DNA of 64,000 bases, from IMG/VR virus record IMGVR_UViG_3300032234_000392, positions 32,001 through 96,000 of that record; one strand, written 5' to 3'. The position numbers and the translations under genes were made by a program. The stretch is from a virus. Lineage: Duplodnaviria; Caudoviricetes. Below the pieces are notes generated by a model. That model was not told the DNA's origin, made no database searches, and saw only the letters and a program-made list of their open reading frames with translations. This document shows positions 1 to 10,217 of this stretch, piece by piece. Within the stretch, counting starts at the first letter, position 1. The number at the start of each line of letters is the position of its first letter.

Positions 1-1750
1 ATGCCAATAAGATATTCATAACATCGGGATGTGCTTTTTCAACTTCGTCTAACAACAAGATAGCATTTGGATGTTCTTGTAGTTTAGTAATTAATTGACC
101 TGCATTATCTTCATAGCCCACATATCCCGGAGGAGCACCAATTAATCGAGCAACACTATGTTTCTCTTGATATTCGCCCATATCAAAACGTATCAACTCC
201 ATGCTCATTCTGTCAGCTAATGCCCGAGCGGTTTCTGTTTTGCCTGTACCGGTTGGTCCTAGGAACAAGAAGCTACCAATAGGTTTATTAGGATGTTTCA
301 TTCCAGCCTGTGCCACAAAGATTTTATCAAGTAGAGTCTCAACAGCTTTATCTTGTCCGTATACTGCAGATTTCATTCCACCTTCGAGATCAGCTAAGTT
401 TTTACTTTCTTTCTGAGCTACAGTTTCTAAAGGCATGTTAATCATCTTAGACAGTTCATAGGTGACTTGTTCAATGTCTACAATCTGTTCAACGCCCTCC
501 ATACCTTCGTCGTCTTTTAACTTATAACGAGCGGCAGCACAATCTAAAATATCAATAGCTTTATCCGGCAGTTTTTTATCCGCCATATACTTAACACTTA
601 GTTTAACTGCTTGATCAATAGCTGCATCTGAAATTTTAACATTATGATGTTTTTCATAATACTTTTTAATACCCTTGAGAATCTTAACACTCATTTCAGC
701 ACTAGGTTCATCGATAGTCACACGTTGGAATCGACGCATTAAAGCACGATCGCTTTCAAAGTGTTTGCGATATTCTTCCCAGGTAGTTGACGCCATTAGT
801 TTAATAATACCCTTGGTAAGAATAGGCTTAAGCATATTGCTCATATCGTTTGAGCTTTGACTTGAAGCACCTGCACCCTGCATCATATGAGCTTCGTCAA
901 TGAAAAGAATAATCTTGCCTTTCTTTTCTAATGCAGTCAACACAGCCTTAAGACGTTCTTCAAAGTCACCTCGATATTTACTACCGGCAAGCAAAGCACT
1001 GATGTCTAAGGTGTAGACCTGGTGATCTTGAATAAACTTAGGAACTTTCTTTTCAAAAATCTTTCGAGCAAGCCCTTCTGCAATAGCTGTCTTACCAACA
1101 CCAGGATCACCAACCATAAGCACGTTGCACTTGTTGCGACGAGCAAGTACCAGTTGAATTTTTTCGATCTCGTCGTCACGTCCGATAACAGGATCTATAG
1201 TTCTTTGTTTTGCTTTTAATGATAAATTAGTACAGAATTGATTCAAAATACGATCCGTTTGGCCAGAGTTAACAACACGATGCTCTTCAGCATCCTCAAC
1301 TTCTTCAGTTACAACATGTTCTTGAAAATACTTGACAAATTTTTCTTTGGTCACTCCGCCCTTTTGCAAAAAGTAAAATCCAAAGCTGTTCTTTTCTGAC
1401 AGTACACTAATAACAACATCAGCAACTTCCATGCGCTGACGACCACTAAACAGCACTTGTGTAAAGCACCGATTAAGCACACGTTCAACTGAATTGGTTT
1501 TTTTAGGTTTAAATCCTGCTGCAGGTTTTTCAATCTTAATATCGTTGAGATTGTTTTTTAGATAATGTTCTAGATTGGCTTTGATAAATTTAGCATCCGC
1601 CCCAAAACTTTCTAGTAGAGTGTACGAATCAGTGTCACAGAGAATACCATAGACAATATGTTCTATAGTAATATACTCATGATGAAGTTCTTTGGCAGTG
1701 TTTACAGAACTTTCAAAAATGTCCTGTAGGCTTTGGCTTGGTTCAATCAT
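1..1750 (-). CDS. clpA: ATP-dependent Clp protease ATP-binding subunit ClpA (3' end runs off window)
   Basis: Not in the ORF track. Manual translation from ATG 1750: [31 protein letters not shown]... It has the ClpA N-domain, Walker [19 protein letters not shown], a second Walker [10 protein letters not shown] and [26 protein letters not shown]. Confidence 0.93.
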   Translation of the reverse strand, partial: MIEPSQSLQDIFESSVNTAKELHHEYITIEHIVYGILCDTDSYTLLESFGADAKFIKANLEHYLKNNLNDIKIEKPAAGFKPKKTNSVERVLNRCFTQVLFSGRQRMEVADVVISVLSEKNSFGFYFLQKGGVTKEKFVKYFQEHVVTEEVEDAEEHRVVNSGQTDRILNQFCTNLSLKAKQRTIDPVIGRDDEIEKIQLVLARRNKCNVLMVGDPGVGKTAIAEGLARKIFEKKVPKFIQDHQVYTLDISALLAGSKYRGDFEERLKAVLTALEKKGKIILFIDEAHMMQGAGASSQSSNDMSNMLKPILTKGIIKLMASTTWEEYRKHFESDRALMRRFQRVTIDEPSAEMSVKILKGIKKYYEKHHNVKISDAAIDQAVKLSVKYMADKKLPDKAIDILDCAAARYKLKDDEGMEGVEQIVDIEQVTYELSKMINMPLETVAQKESKNLADLEGGMKSAVYGQDKAVETLLDKIFVAQAGMKHPNKPIGSFLFLGPTGTGKTETARALADRMSMELIRFDMGEYQEKHSVARLIGAPPGYVGYEDNAGQLITKLQEHPNAILLLDEVEKAHPDVMNILLA

Positions 1751-2244
1751 TATTTTATTTTCCTAAGTTTCTTCATAGCTAAGTTTAACTTCAACGGTGA
1801 TACTTTGTCAACAAAACATATACCATCTAAATGATCTAGCTCGTGTTGAAAACATTTAGCTAGATATCCTTCAAATCGTGCTTCGATTGTATCTCCTCTT
1901 GTATTTTGATATTCTGCAACAATCCAGCTAGGTCTTTTTACAGTTAAGAACAATCCAGGATAGCTTAGACACCCTTCTTGATCTAATATTATTTCTGTGC
2001 TGGCTTCTACAATCCGAGGATTGAATACGGCAAATGGTGCAGGAAATCCTGGTATATTATTACTGCCCATAACAAAAACTCGTTTGACTATGTTAATTTG
2101 ATTTGCGGCTAGTCCGATGCCGTTGCTGGCAATCATAAATTCACACATTTCTTTTTCAAGAGATTCGCCATTGCCGTCTAGTAAAAAGTCCCATGGTTCA
2201 CTTTTTTGAACTAGGGCATCGTGCGGCCCAAGTTTAAATTCCAT
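1750..2244 (-). CDS. def: Peptide deformylase
   Basis: Motifs [13 protein letters not shown] and HELDHLDG. Confidence 0.95.
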   Translation of the reverse strand: MEFKLGPHDALVQKSEPWDFLLDGNGESLEKEMCEFMIASNGIGLAANQINIVKRVFVMGSNNIPGFPAPFAVFNPRIVEASTEIILDQEGCLSYPGLFLTVKRPSWIVAEYQNTRGDTIEARFEGYLAKCFQHELDHLDGICFVDKVSPLKLNLAMKKLRKIK

Positions 2245-3073
2245 GATTTTTAAATTCTTGAATTAATTCTAGTTGTTTAGGGCTAAGATTCTTTGGAATT
2301 TTAACTTTGATCTTTATTAATAAATTTCCTCTTTGACGTGTTCGCATGTGAGGTAATCCTTCTCCTTTACAACTAAAAACAGTTTCCGGTTGAGTTCCTG
2401 GGGGAATGTTTATAGACAGTGTTTTATTATCTAGAGTTTTTATTTCTAAAAATGAACCCAGAATAGCATCGTACACTGGAACTTCTTTTTCTAAAATTAA
2501 ACTTGTGCCTTCTCTTCTAAATGTTGGATGAGGTTTAATAATAACATTGACTATTAAGTCACCTGGACGTAAATTAGGAATAGAGTTGTCGCCCATCCCC
2601 TCATATCTAATTTGTTGACCGTTTTCGATACCGGGAGGAATAGCAATATTAATTATTTTATTTTTTCCTCCTGGTATACCTATTTCAGCATTGATGTCTT
2701 TGCCATTGAGAATATCTTCTAATGAAATTTCTACGTTGATATTTAGAGATTTGTTACGTCTTTGAGGTTGACTTCCAAATCCTCCAAATCCAAAATTGCC
2801 AAATATATCATTTATGTTACCGGTGTTAAAATGAAATTCAAACGGACTTTGGCCAAATCCAGCGCCGGGCTGAGCATTAGGATCACCGCCCATGTCTATA
2901 ATATGTTTTTTATCTGGGTCTGTTAATGCTTCGTAGGCTGTGGAAATTTCTTTAAATTTATTTTGATCACCACCGCGATCAGGGTGATGTTTCATAGCCA
3001 TGCTGCGATAAGCCTTTTTGATTTCGGCATCGCTAGCACCTCGTTTTAAACCTAGTGTAGAGTAATAATCCAT
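2234..3073 (-). CDS. dnaJ: DnaJ/CbpA-type co-chaperone without zinc finger
   Basis: J domain with HPD, G/F-rich linker, DnaJ C-terminal domain, no CxxCxGxG repeats. Confidence 0.92.
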   Translation of the reverse strand: MDYYSTLGLKRGASDAEIKKAYRSMAMKHHPDRGGDQNKFKEISTAYEALTDPDKKHIIDMGGDPNAQPGAGFGQSPFEFHFNTGNINDIFGNFGFGGFGSQPQRRNKSLNINVEISLEDILNGKDINAEIGIPGGKNKIINIAIPPGIENGQQIRYEGMGDNSIPNLRPGDLIVNVIIKPHPTFRREGTSLILEKEVPVYDAILGSFLEIKTLDNKTLSINIPPGTQPETVFSCKGEGLPHMRTRQRGNLLIKIKVKIPKNLSPKQLELIQEFKNHGI

Positions 3074-3078
3074 AGTAT

Positions 3079-3107
3079 ATTATATAATAAAAAAAGGACT
3101 ACGTCAA
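3079..3107 (-). promoter_or_regulatory. sigma70-type promoter of dnaJ-def-clpA (leaderless)
   Basis: TTGACG-17 nt-TATAAT, then ATACT-ATG of dnaJ. Confidence 0.8.
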
Positions 3108-3118
3108 GCAGTCCTTTT
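3088..3118 (-). terminator. Intrinsic terminator after the lysis cassette
   Basis: AAAAGGACT-9 nt loop-AGTCCTTTT plus a U-run on the minus strand; overlaps the dnaJ -35 box. Confidence 0.75.
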
Positions 3119-3142
3119 ATTTAATACAGATTTACTGAGCTA

Positions 3143-3373
3143 TTATTTTTTCTTAGCGTCTTCGATCTTTGTACCTTCATGCTTTTGACGAACTTTTACT
3201 TTGGTACAGTTTTGTTTTGGCTTATTGGTTTTAGGATCGATTACTGCTTTACCGTCTTTACCTTGCACATCAACACAAACTGTTTTAATTTCTGGTGCTT
3301 TCTTTTCTTCAGCAGCATAAGCAGTACCTGTGGCTAAAAATCCTGCAATAATTAATGATGATAAAAATTTCAT
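3143..3373 (-). CDS. Small exported protein (signal peptide, two Cys)
   Basis: MKFLSSLIIAGFLATGTAYA signal peptide and a Lys-rich mature part. Confidence 0.7.
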   Translation of the reverse strand: MKFLSSLIIAGFLATGTAYAAEEKKAPEIKTVCVDVQGKDGKAVIDPKTNKPKQNCTKVKVRQKHEGTKIEDAKKK

Positions 3374-3384
3374 TTTAAAGTTCC

Positions 3385-3873
3385 TTATAGTTCTGGTTGA
3401 TCAGGCTGCATTGGCATAGGTTTACCTGTGCTGCTTGTTGTTGGTGCTGCCGCAAACGGACTTGCTGCTGGAGCCGGTGCACTAAAACTTGGTGTAGGTT
3501 TTGGTGCTGAGAAACTTGGAGCAGGTGCTGCCATTGGTGCCGGCGGTGTATAAGTTGTTCCAACTTGAGCTCCACCGTTATTTGCACCGCCTAACTTCTC
3601 TTGTGTACGACCAAATGCCGCAATACCTAGCACAGCACCCATAGCAATATGGAATAATCCTGCACCTTGTAGAGTAATTGGTTGCCATTGTGTATGAACT
3701 TGTCCACCACCAATAGCCTGTATCATACTCCATAATATTGGAAATAATACAAAGTCTGCCATACAGACAATCATATACATCCAACCCATCATTGGACGCC
3801 ATTTACTGTTCATCCAATCTTCTTTTTTCTTTTCGCTTTCGCTCATCTCAGCATAGCTTTTTTGTTCGCTCAC
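3385..3873 (-). CDS. Holin-like membrane protein (3TM holin type) with Pro/Ala-rich tail
   Basis: KWRPMMGWMY motif, hydrophobic segments, GRTQEK; SD AAGGAG before GTG; lies in the lysis cassette. Confidence 0.7.
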   Translation of the reverse strand: MSEQKSYAEMSESEKKKEDWMNSKWRPMMGWMYMIVCMADFVLFPILWSMIQAIGGGQVHTQWQPITLQGAGLFHIAMGAVLGIAAFGRTQEKLGGANNGGAQVGTTYTPPAPMAAPAPSFSAPKPTPSFSAPAPAASPFAAAPTTSSTGKPMPMQPDQPEL

Positions 3874-3883
3874 GTTCCGCTCC

Positions 3884-4000
3884 TTACTTTTTAGAAATCA
3901 TAGTTTGAATCTTTCCCTGAATAATCTTAGCCCAGAATGGCTGTGGAAAATTCCAACCTACAAATGCTCCTACTGCTACCCAAAATAATGTATCTAACAT
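3884..4000 (-). CDS. 38-aa membrane peptide (not in ORF track)
   Basis: MLDTLFWVAVGAFVGWNFPQPFWAKIIQGKIQTMISKK; AGGAG SD upstream; fills the gap between spanin and holin. Confidence 0.7.
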   Translation of the reverse strand: MLDTLFWVAVGAFVGWNFPQPFWAKIIQGKIQTMISKK

Positions 4001-4026
4001 GCTGTCGCTCCTAGTTATGTGTACTA

Positions 4027-4287
4027 CTATTTAACTGCTTTGTCAAAAATCTCTTTCTGTTCTTTATGCCATTGTAACCAAGCATCTACTTTTACACGGC
4101 ATTCGTAATAGGTGCTGTAATTAACTACTACAACATCTAATAATTTGCTTAATTCTTGCGTATTTTGTACAGCTTCTTTTAATTCTGGACAGGCTGTTTT
4201 TAACTCTGGCGGAATATCGGGAAACTTGGGTGCTGTTGTTAAACAACCAGTTAAAAACAATGCAGGTACTATTGCTAATAATCTCAT
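4027..4287 (-). CDS. o-spanin (Rz1-like lipoprotein)
   Basis: Lipobox LTGC, Pro-rich segment, overlaps the end of the i-spanin gene. Confidence 0.75.
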   Translation of the reverse strand: MRLLAIVPALFLTGCLTTAPKFPDIPPELKTACPELKEAVQNTQELSKLLDVVVVNYSTYYECRVKVDAWLQWHKEQKEIFDKAVK

Positions 4288-4754
4288 TGTTTTTTCTCCA
4301 ACGATTTATTTTTGGCAGCGGCATTATGAATATCTATAGCTTCTGGGGCTACCTTGCATTCTTTATCCATAATTACCGCAACTTCTTTAATACGATCACG
4401 ATAGACAATGGTATTTTCTTTAACTACTCGTTGCTTCTTTTTAATTTCAGCATCTAGTTTTACATTGGCTTCTTTAGCCTGTTGTTCAGCTAATGCTGCT
4501 TTTTCCTGAGCTACTCGAATTTTGTCTCGCCAACTGGCTTCAACATCGTAGCCACCTTTGAAATAGATACCTGCTACAAGCAACGCAGCACTTACTACTT
4601 GAATTAACAAATAATAAGGAGCAAGTGCTGGAATTTTGTTTAGTAGTCTATGTAATACAAAAAATGAAAGAAAGCTACCAACCGCACCGATAACTAGAAT
4701 AGTATTAACTATCCAAATTAATAAACTGTCAGGTACGAATGATAACATCCACAT
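4284..4754 (-). CDS. i-spanin (Rz-like)
   Basis: N-terminal TM helices, coiled coil, C-terminal Cys; directly downstream of the endolysin. Confidence 0.7.
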   Translation of the reverse strand: MWMLSFVPDSLLIWIVNTILVIGAVGSFLSFFVLHRLLNKIPALAPYYLLIQVVSAALLVAGIYFKGGYDVEASWRDKIRVAQEKAALAEQQAKEANVKLDAEIKKKQRVVKENTIVYRDRIKEVAVIMDKECKVAPEAIDIHNAAAKNKSLEKKQ

Positions 4755-4755
4755 A

Positions 4756-5394
4756 TTAGTGTCCTACAAACAGATGCACTGCGTGATTATAATGCTTGAT
4801 ACGATCTTCTAGACCAATAGTACCACCGTTAATACGCTTAGTTAGTGTAAGGATGTCGCCCTTGTCTGCCCACTGGTTGAGATTGTTCTGTTCCCAAAAC
4901 CAGCAAGCTGATTGTACAGCACCTTCAAATGTCTGCAGGTACTCTGGAATATCTTCCAACGGTGTGTCAATACTAGCAGCAAAAATTGTGTAATTGTTTT
5001 TGCCAGTCAACTGAATGAGTCCACGACCTAGGTACTTAAATCCGTCACCACTAGCCTCGTCGCCATTGCCCATGCGATTAGCATAGATACGGCTAGCAAT
5101 AGCTTCTTGCTTGTTAGGATGATTAGCATACTGATTAGCTGTAGCATCATCTGGGAAATACTTAGGAAATACCTTGCGTAGGCTAGCTGCCTTGTAATTT
5201 AAATTTTCTTTAAGGAATTTGAACCCGCCTGACTCATGAGCGCACTGTGCTACAAATGCTGCTACACGTTCTGGTGTGTTAATTTCATATTCAGGAAGAA
5301 TTTCACACAACGCATGATACCAATTATCGATGTAAGGATTCTTACCGATAATTTCATGTAAGTGTTCTTTTTTAAAATCGAATGTAAAACTCAT
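4756..5394 (-). CDS. GH19 chitinase-like endolysin
   Basis: AQCAHESG, GRGLIQLTGKNNY and TKRINGG motifs. Confidence 0.9.
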   Translation of the reverse strand: MSFTFDFKKEHLHEIIGKNPYIDNWYHALCEILPEYEINTPERVAAFVAQCAHESGGFKFLKENLNYKAASLRKVFPKYFPDDATANQYANHPNKQEAIASRIYANRMGNGDEASGDGFKYLGRGLIQLTGKNNYTIFAASIDTPLEDIPEYLQTFEGAVQSACWFWEQNNLNQWADKGDILTLTKRINGGTIGLEDRIKHYNHAVHLFVGH

Positions 5395-5396
5395 TG

Positions 5397-6137
5397 TTAG
5401 ATCCTCTTTAATAACATACTACGACTGCCATTGTTGAAAACAAAGTTGTCTCCAATCTTATTAATGCTGTAGTCGCCTAATACTTTAGTTAGCCAAAATA
5501 CTTCGCTGGTTGCTGCTTGATCAACTGAATATCCATCGTCGATGCCTTCTAAGATAGATTCAGTCGCTCCGTCTTTGATCATTTCAAGTTGAACTTTTTT
5601 ATCAAAGTGTTTGTGAATAGTAATAACATTACCGTCTAATGTTAAGTCGTCCATCAGCGTTTTGTTAAAGAAACTCTTAACATTTTCAACCTGTACTCTG
5701 CTCATAAAGTTAGCATATGCTTCTGGAGAAGGAGGTATGTGTGACTTTAGATTTTCTTCAGTAGCTTCGTGTACTGCCGATTCTTTATGATATTTAAATT
5801 TAAAATCATCTAGCCCTGTGAGCTTGCGAACACCGTAGGTAAGTTCTTTAATTTGTTCTGCTAGTTTAGAACTGCGTGATAATTCAACAAATACTGAGTA
5901 TTCTCCGTTGTTGTCTTCACCTGAACTAATGTCAGAGTCTAGAACAAAGTCATAACCTTTTTCAATAAACTCCATTAGGTCTTTGGCTGGACTGCGGTCT
6001 TTAACTTTAAAACTTACAACGCAAACATCTTGATCCTCGCCCATTTTTGAACTAAAAGTATCTACTTCAAAAATAGGGTGTACCATTTCTTGAAGGTCGT
6101 CTGGTCTTAGGCCTTCGTTAAGCTGCTGGTTGCTCAT
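5397..6137 (-). CDS. Hypothetical phage protein
   Basis: 246-aa ORF; start reassigned to MSNQQLNEG (ATG 6137). Confidence 0.7.
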   Translation of the reverse strand: MSNQQLNEGLRPDDLQEMVHPIFEVDTFSSKMGEDQDVCVVSFKVKDRSPAKDLMEFIEKGYDFVLDSDISSGEDNNGEYSVFVELSRSSKLAEQIKELTYGVRKLTGLDDFKFKYHKESAVHEATEENLKSHIPPSPEAYANFMSRVQVENVKSFFNKTLMDDLTLDGNVITIHKHFDKKVQLEMIKDGATESILEGIDDGYSVDQAATSEVFWLTKVLGDYSINKIGDNFVFNNGSRSMLLKRI

Positions 6138-6645
6138 TTGCCATTTCCTGTGCTTGTTGTTCTGCTGGATCAATACTAGCGTTAACACCACTAGCTCCGA
6201 CTATGTCTTCAATTTTGTTTCGATCTAATTCTGTGTACCCACGATTGATGTCGTGCATTAATTTCTTTGGCATGGCAATCTTAACCATCCATATAGGTTC
6301 ATGATCGATTTTGCCTTTACGTGTACCTGGACGAATATCATCGGGTGTTTTAATCTTGCGGACTTTGGCAATTGAGCTTTCAGCTACCTGTACCTTGCAA
6401 CCGTACTCTAGTAAACGCTTTCCGCCTCTAGGTTCTGGCATCTTATCTTCCGGCCACATAAATGTACACTCTACAAAATAGCGTGATTCTTTAGGGCCAC
6501 TAACTAGCTCACCGTCGATCCAGTTTTCAAAAACATAGACATCTAGTTCATCAATAACACGCTCAAAGTCCTTGAGCAAACTAAGGCTATTGTTAGAACC
6601 GTAAATTTGTTCTATATTCTGTATAATATCTTTAATATCAGCCAT
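6118..6645 (-). CDS. Hypothetical phage protein
   Basis: 175-aa ORF with AGGAG SD and a TAAATA box at 6661-6666. Confidence 0.75.
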   Translation of the reverse strand: MADIKDIIQNIEQIYGSNNSLSLLKDFERVIDELDVYVFENWIDGELVSGPKESRYFVECTFMWPEDKMPEPRGGKRLLEYGCKVQVAESSIAKVRKIKTPDDIRPGTRKGKIDHEPIWMVKIAMPKKLMHDINRGYTELDRNKIEDIVGASGVNASIDPAEQQAQEMANEQPAA

Positions 6646-6788
6646 GATTTCTCCTAATTGTATTTATCGTCAAAATACAAACATAACATATAACTTTTTT
6701 CAGTTATCGTTAAATACTTTTGTGTTCGGTCACGGACACTACGGTTTATAGGTCCGTGCCTAACACTTACAGGAGGGCTAACCTTAAT

Positions 6789-7529
6789 ATGAAGCGAAAG
6801 AGAGCGCAACAGCAGCAAATTCAGCATTATGATGCTCGGTTTCAGAGCAATGTTATAAATATTGACCATCGATTAAACGAAAAACGTAAACGAGTTCAAA
6901 TATATCCCAAAAACCTAAGTCAGGAAACTTACTTACTAAAACTAAACAATCCCCAGACAATGATTACTTTTGCTATCGGTCCTGCCGGTACAGGTAAAAC
7001 CATGCTGGCTGTGCAGTGGGCCATTGATCAACTCAAGTACAGTGATGTCGATAAGATTATTGTAACCAGACCTGCTGTATCAGTAGACGAGGAACACGGT
7101 TTCCTCCCAGGTGACCTAAATGAAAAAATGGCACCGTGGACCAAGCCTATTTTTGATGTATTTTCCGAAAACTTTTGTGCTAGAGAAATTGAAAATTTTG
7201 TGAGAGAGGGGGTGATCGAAACCAGTCCTTTAGCATACATGAGAGGTCGTACATTTAAAAATGCTATAGTCATTGCTGACGAAATGCAGAATGCAACTCC
7301 AAGTCAGATGAAAATGCTCTTAACAAGACTAGGACAGGGAAGTAAAATGGTAGTTACGGGAGACCTACAACAAGCCGATCGTCCTAGCAACAATGGCCTA
7401 TTAGAATTCTTAGGATTGTTCAACGATTTTAAAGATCATCGATATGTAGATGTCTGTCACTTTACAGTGGAAGATGTTGAACGTCACGAAGCAGTCAAGG
7501 AGATCTTAGCAATCTACGGCGACAATTAA
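6789..7529 (+). CDS. phoH: PhoH-like ATPase
   Basis: GPAGTGKT, GFLPG, MRGRTF, DEMQN, GDLQQAD; start placed at ATG 6789 after AGGAGG. Confidence 0.93.
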   Translation: MKRKRAQQQQIQHYDARFQSNVINIDHRLNEKRKRVQIYPKNLSQETYLLKLNNPQTMITFAIGPAGTGKTMLAVQWAIDQLKYSDVDKIIVTRPAVSVDEEHGFLPGDLNEKMAPWTKPIFDVFSENFCAREIENFVREGVIETSPLAYMRGRTFKNAIVIADEMQNATPSQMKMLLTRLGQGSKMVVTGDLQQADRPSNNGLLEFLGLFNDFKDHRYVDVCHFTVEDVERHEAVKEILAIYGDN

Positions 7530-7768
7530 TCTTTAGGAAGGTAGGGGGTCAAACGATCCCCTAACATTCTCTTATAAAATTCAATCATGTCATCATAGCC
7601 GGCTTCGGGATTAAGTCCATTTTTGACAACTTTCTTGTCCGCAAGATCTAAAATTACCTTAGCGGACTGTATGTGCTTCATACGGTAATGTCTCTTAAAT
7701 TCAGTAACTTCGTCGTACTTGCCGTTAGGCTTTTGTACGTAGCTAACAATCATATAACGTTCATTCAT
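7526..7768 (-). CDS. Hypothetical protein
   Basis: 80-aa ORF translationally coupled to the upstream gene. Confidence 0.65.
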   Translation of the reverse strand: MNERYMIVSYVQKPNGKYDEVTEFKRHYRMKHIQSAKVILDLADKKVVKNGLNPEAGYDDMIEFYKRMLGDRLTPYLPKD

Positions 7769-8279
7769 CTAACTGTTCTACCTCTATTCCTGACTTTCGT
7801 AAAAATTCTGTGCCAGTGCTATCACGGTACTGAGCACCATACCACACACGCTTAATGCCAGACTGGTAAATGAGTTTGGCGCAATCCAAGCAGGGAGCAT
7901 GAGTAATAAACATATCAGCACCCAAGCCACTATCGCTACTTCTAGCCAATTTTGCAATAGCATTCGTTTCAGCATGTAATACCTCTGGTTTTGTTTTTAA
8001 TCTATATCTTTTAGTAAACGCTTGATCAGTGTCGTTCCACTCTGTAAAAGGCCATTGTTCTTCAATCTCGTTAGGGCTTAACCAACCTCCAGCGTCTCTA
8101 CTCATATACTCTTTATCTTCGCAGTTGTTATCCCAACCAGCTGGCATACCATTGTAGCCAATAGAAATAATTCTATCATCCTTGACCACAATAGCACCTA
8201 CATGTAGTCGCTTGGCATGACTAAGTTCTGCGAATGTCTCTGCAGTTTTTATGTATGCTTGTTTAAGTTTTGCTTTCAT
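7761..8279 (-). CDS. dCMP deaminase
   Basis: GYNG, HAE and PCLDC zinc-deaminase motifs. Confidence 0.92.
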   Translation of the reverse strand: MKAKLKQAYIKTAETFAELSHAKRLHVGAIVVKDDRIISIGYNGMPAGWDNNCEDKEYMSRDAGGWLSPNEIEEQWPFTEWNDTDQAFTKRYRLKTKPEVLHAETNAIAKLARSSDSGLGADMFITHAPCLDCAKLIYQSGIKRVWYGAQYRDSTGTEFLRKSGIEVEQLDE

Positions 8280-8745
8280 CTATTTCCATCCAAGTGTGAT
8301 CGCCCATGTATTTTACCTGAGCTTGATACTCGTAATCTTCGGGAGCAGAGCTAGACCAATCGTTTGGGCCATTTTGTGTTAACAACGTATGCTGTTTTCG
8401 TTGATCCCAAACCAACCAATACACATTTCCCATCACTGGTTGAAACTGATATACCGCAGCATGAACAGCATCTGTGATTTCTAATCTACGTTTAATAGCC
8501 TGTGCTTGTTTTTCCAACACACTAACTAGTTCTACAATACGATCGTATTCTTGCTGGGCATACATCCTAGCATGATTAATCATCAAATCTTTTTGTTTGG
8601 TTACAGGAACTAGATCAAATTTAACTCCGCCCGCTTCTGTAGGATACTCTGATACATTTCTATTAAAGAATGGTATTAGAGTTCCGTCTATATCAGCATC
8701 AAAACTTTTTCTACCTTTAGCTAAGTTAGATTTTTTATCAGCCAT
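8263..8745 (-). CDS. Hypothetical protein (DUF2452-like)
   Basis: YPTEAG, coiled coil, F.PVMG..Y, D.TW resemble DUF2452. Confidence 0.55.
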   Translation of the reverse strand: MADKKSNLAKGRKSFDADIDGTLIPFFNRNVSEYPTEAGGVKFDLVPVTKQKDLMINHARMYAQQEYDRIVELVSVLEKQAQAIKRRLEITDAVHAAVYQFQPVMGNVYWLVWDQRKQHTLLTQNGPNDWSSSAPEDYEYQAQVKYMGDHTWMEIDESKT

Positions 8746-9658
8746 TTAATCTAGATAATCTTACCAGTGTAGCTGAAAGATTAATTTCTGGGTCAGAAAT
8801 TAACGTATGATCTACTAATCCTTGTTTAACAATCATGATAGCCTTGTACTGATTTTCATCGTTGCCAAAAATATCTAAATTATCATAGAGCCACCGATAG
8901 ACATCTTCCATTTCTTCTGCACGTAGTTTACCGCATAACATCTTGCGAGCTTCTGTAATCTTGCCTGCTTTAAATAGCTCTACCATATCAAACTTCCAGT
9001 CAGCGGAACCTGCGTCTCCTTGATTAGGAGAAACTAACCGACCATCTTGAGCATTTTGCTGAAGCATCTGAAGACATTTACGAAGATCAGGATAGGTCAC
9101 TTTAACATAAAGATCTAAAGTGTCAAGATCAAACTCGATATTTTCTTCAACTAAAATTGTTGCAGCTCTAGCGGTAAATTCTGTTTGATCTGTTTTTTCT
9201 ACATGGAATCCCTGACAGCGACTGTGTATTGCTGGAATAATCTTATTAGGGTAGTTACAGGTTAAAATAAATCTACTAGTTGCATGATACTCTTCCATAA
9301 CACCACGCAAGGCTGCTTGAGCATTAGGAGATAAAAAATCAGCCTCGTCAAGTAGTACAACTTTAAATGGACCAAACGGAATCATCTGCACAAAGTTAGT
9401 AATTGGAATACGAACTTCATCTACACCGTTATTACGACTACCGTTTAACTCTAATACATCATAGTCCTCAATACCTATTTCATTAATAAGAATTTTAGCC
9501 AATGTTGTTTTACCAATACCAGCACTACCACTCAAGAGCAGATGAGGAATACTTTTATCTTTAACCCATGTTTCAACTTGTTTGCGTTGATGTGCATCTC
9601 TAAATACATAGCCGTCTATGCTTTTAGGACGATATTTTTCTACCCATAGTTCTTTCAT
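8738..9658 (-). CDS. Clamp loader AAA+ subunit (RFC/T4 gp44-like)
   Basis: LWVEKYRP, GSAGIGKTT, LDEAD and SRC motifs. Confidence 0.92.
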   Translation of the reverse strand: MKELWVEKYRPKSIDGYVFRDAHQRKQVETWVKDKSIPHLLLSGSAGIGKTTLAKILINEIGIEDYDVLELNGSRNNGVDEVRIPITNFVQMIPFGPFKVVLLDEADFLSPNAQAALRGVMEEYHATSRFILTCNYPNKIIPAIHSRCQGFHVEKTDQTEFTARAATILVEENIEFDLDTLDLYVKVTYPDLRKCLQMLQQNAQDGRLVSPNQGDAGSADWKFDMVELFKAGKITEARKMLCGKLRAEEMEDVYRWLYDNLDIFGNDENQYKAIMIVKQGLVDHTLISDPEINLSATLVRLSRLNG

Positions 9659-9846
9659 TCTTTTACCTGTTTAATAAATTCTTGTGTTATCGAATTTGCT
9701 CGATCGTCTTGAATTGAATATTGGTGTAGTTGATCAGCATTGGATCTAATAGCATCACTTAGACTGCCTACTCCGATTTCTTGTTCAACTAATCGAGCAA
9801 TGTCGTGCAACTGTATTACAGCATCAACTAATTTAAGATTTCTCAT
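9655..9846 (-). CDS. Hypothetical protein
   Basis: 63-aa ORF with 4-nt overlaps on both sides. Confidence 0.6.
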   Translation of the reverse strand: MRNLKLVDAVIQLHDIARLVEQEIGVGSLSDAIRSNADQLHQYSIQDDRANSITQEFIKQVKE

Positions 9847-10208
9847 TTTATAAAAGGTCCTAGATTAGGCGGTTCCCAACCCAAGGGTTTAAGTACCTTA
9901 CCATCTTCACGCTTCCGGACCTTACCGGTGTCTTTGTCAATCTTAGCAAAGTTGGTACGCATAACTTCTTTCCATGCCCCCTCTGCATCAAACCCAGCAC
10001 TGTGAATAGCACCTATAGTGACAACCAACATGTCAATTAAGGCATCGAGCATTTCTACTCTGTCTTTGGCTATAATTGCTTGATTTAATTCTTCTGCTTC
10101 TTCTTCGATCAATTTAAGATACATATTGAATTGATCTGTATTACCACGATCTACAGTTTGATCGCAAGCTGTCATAAACTTCGCTTGATCGCGAAAGGGG
10201 TTAGTCAT
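9843..10208 (-). CDS. MazG-like/HisE-like all-alpha NTP pyrophosphohydrolase
   Basis: LIEEEAEEL...DALIDMLVV...NFAK...REDGKVLKP motif set. Confidence 0.85.
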   Translation of the reverse strand: MTNPFRDQAKFMTACDQTVDRGNTDQFNMYLKLIEEEAEELNQAIIAKDRVEMLDALIDMLVVTIGAIHSAGFDAEGAWKEVMRTNFAKIDKDTGKVRKREDGKVLKPLGWEPPNLGPFIK

Positions 10209-10217
10209 GGTATCTCC

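Noticed and set aside
201-1533. Short ORFs listed in the track over 1-1750
   Set aside because: They are shadows of clpA, which the track missed because it runs off the window.
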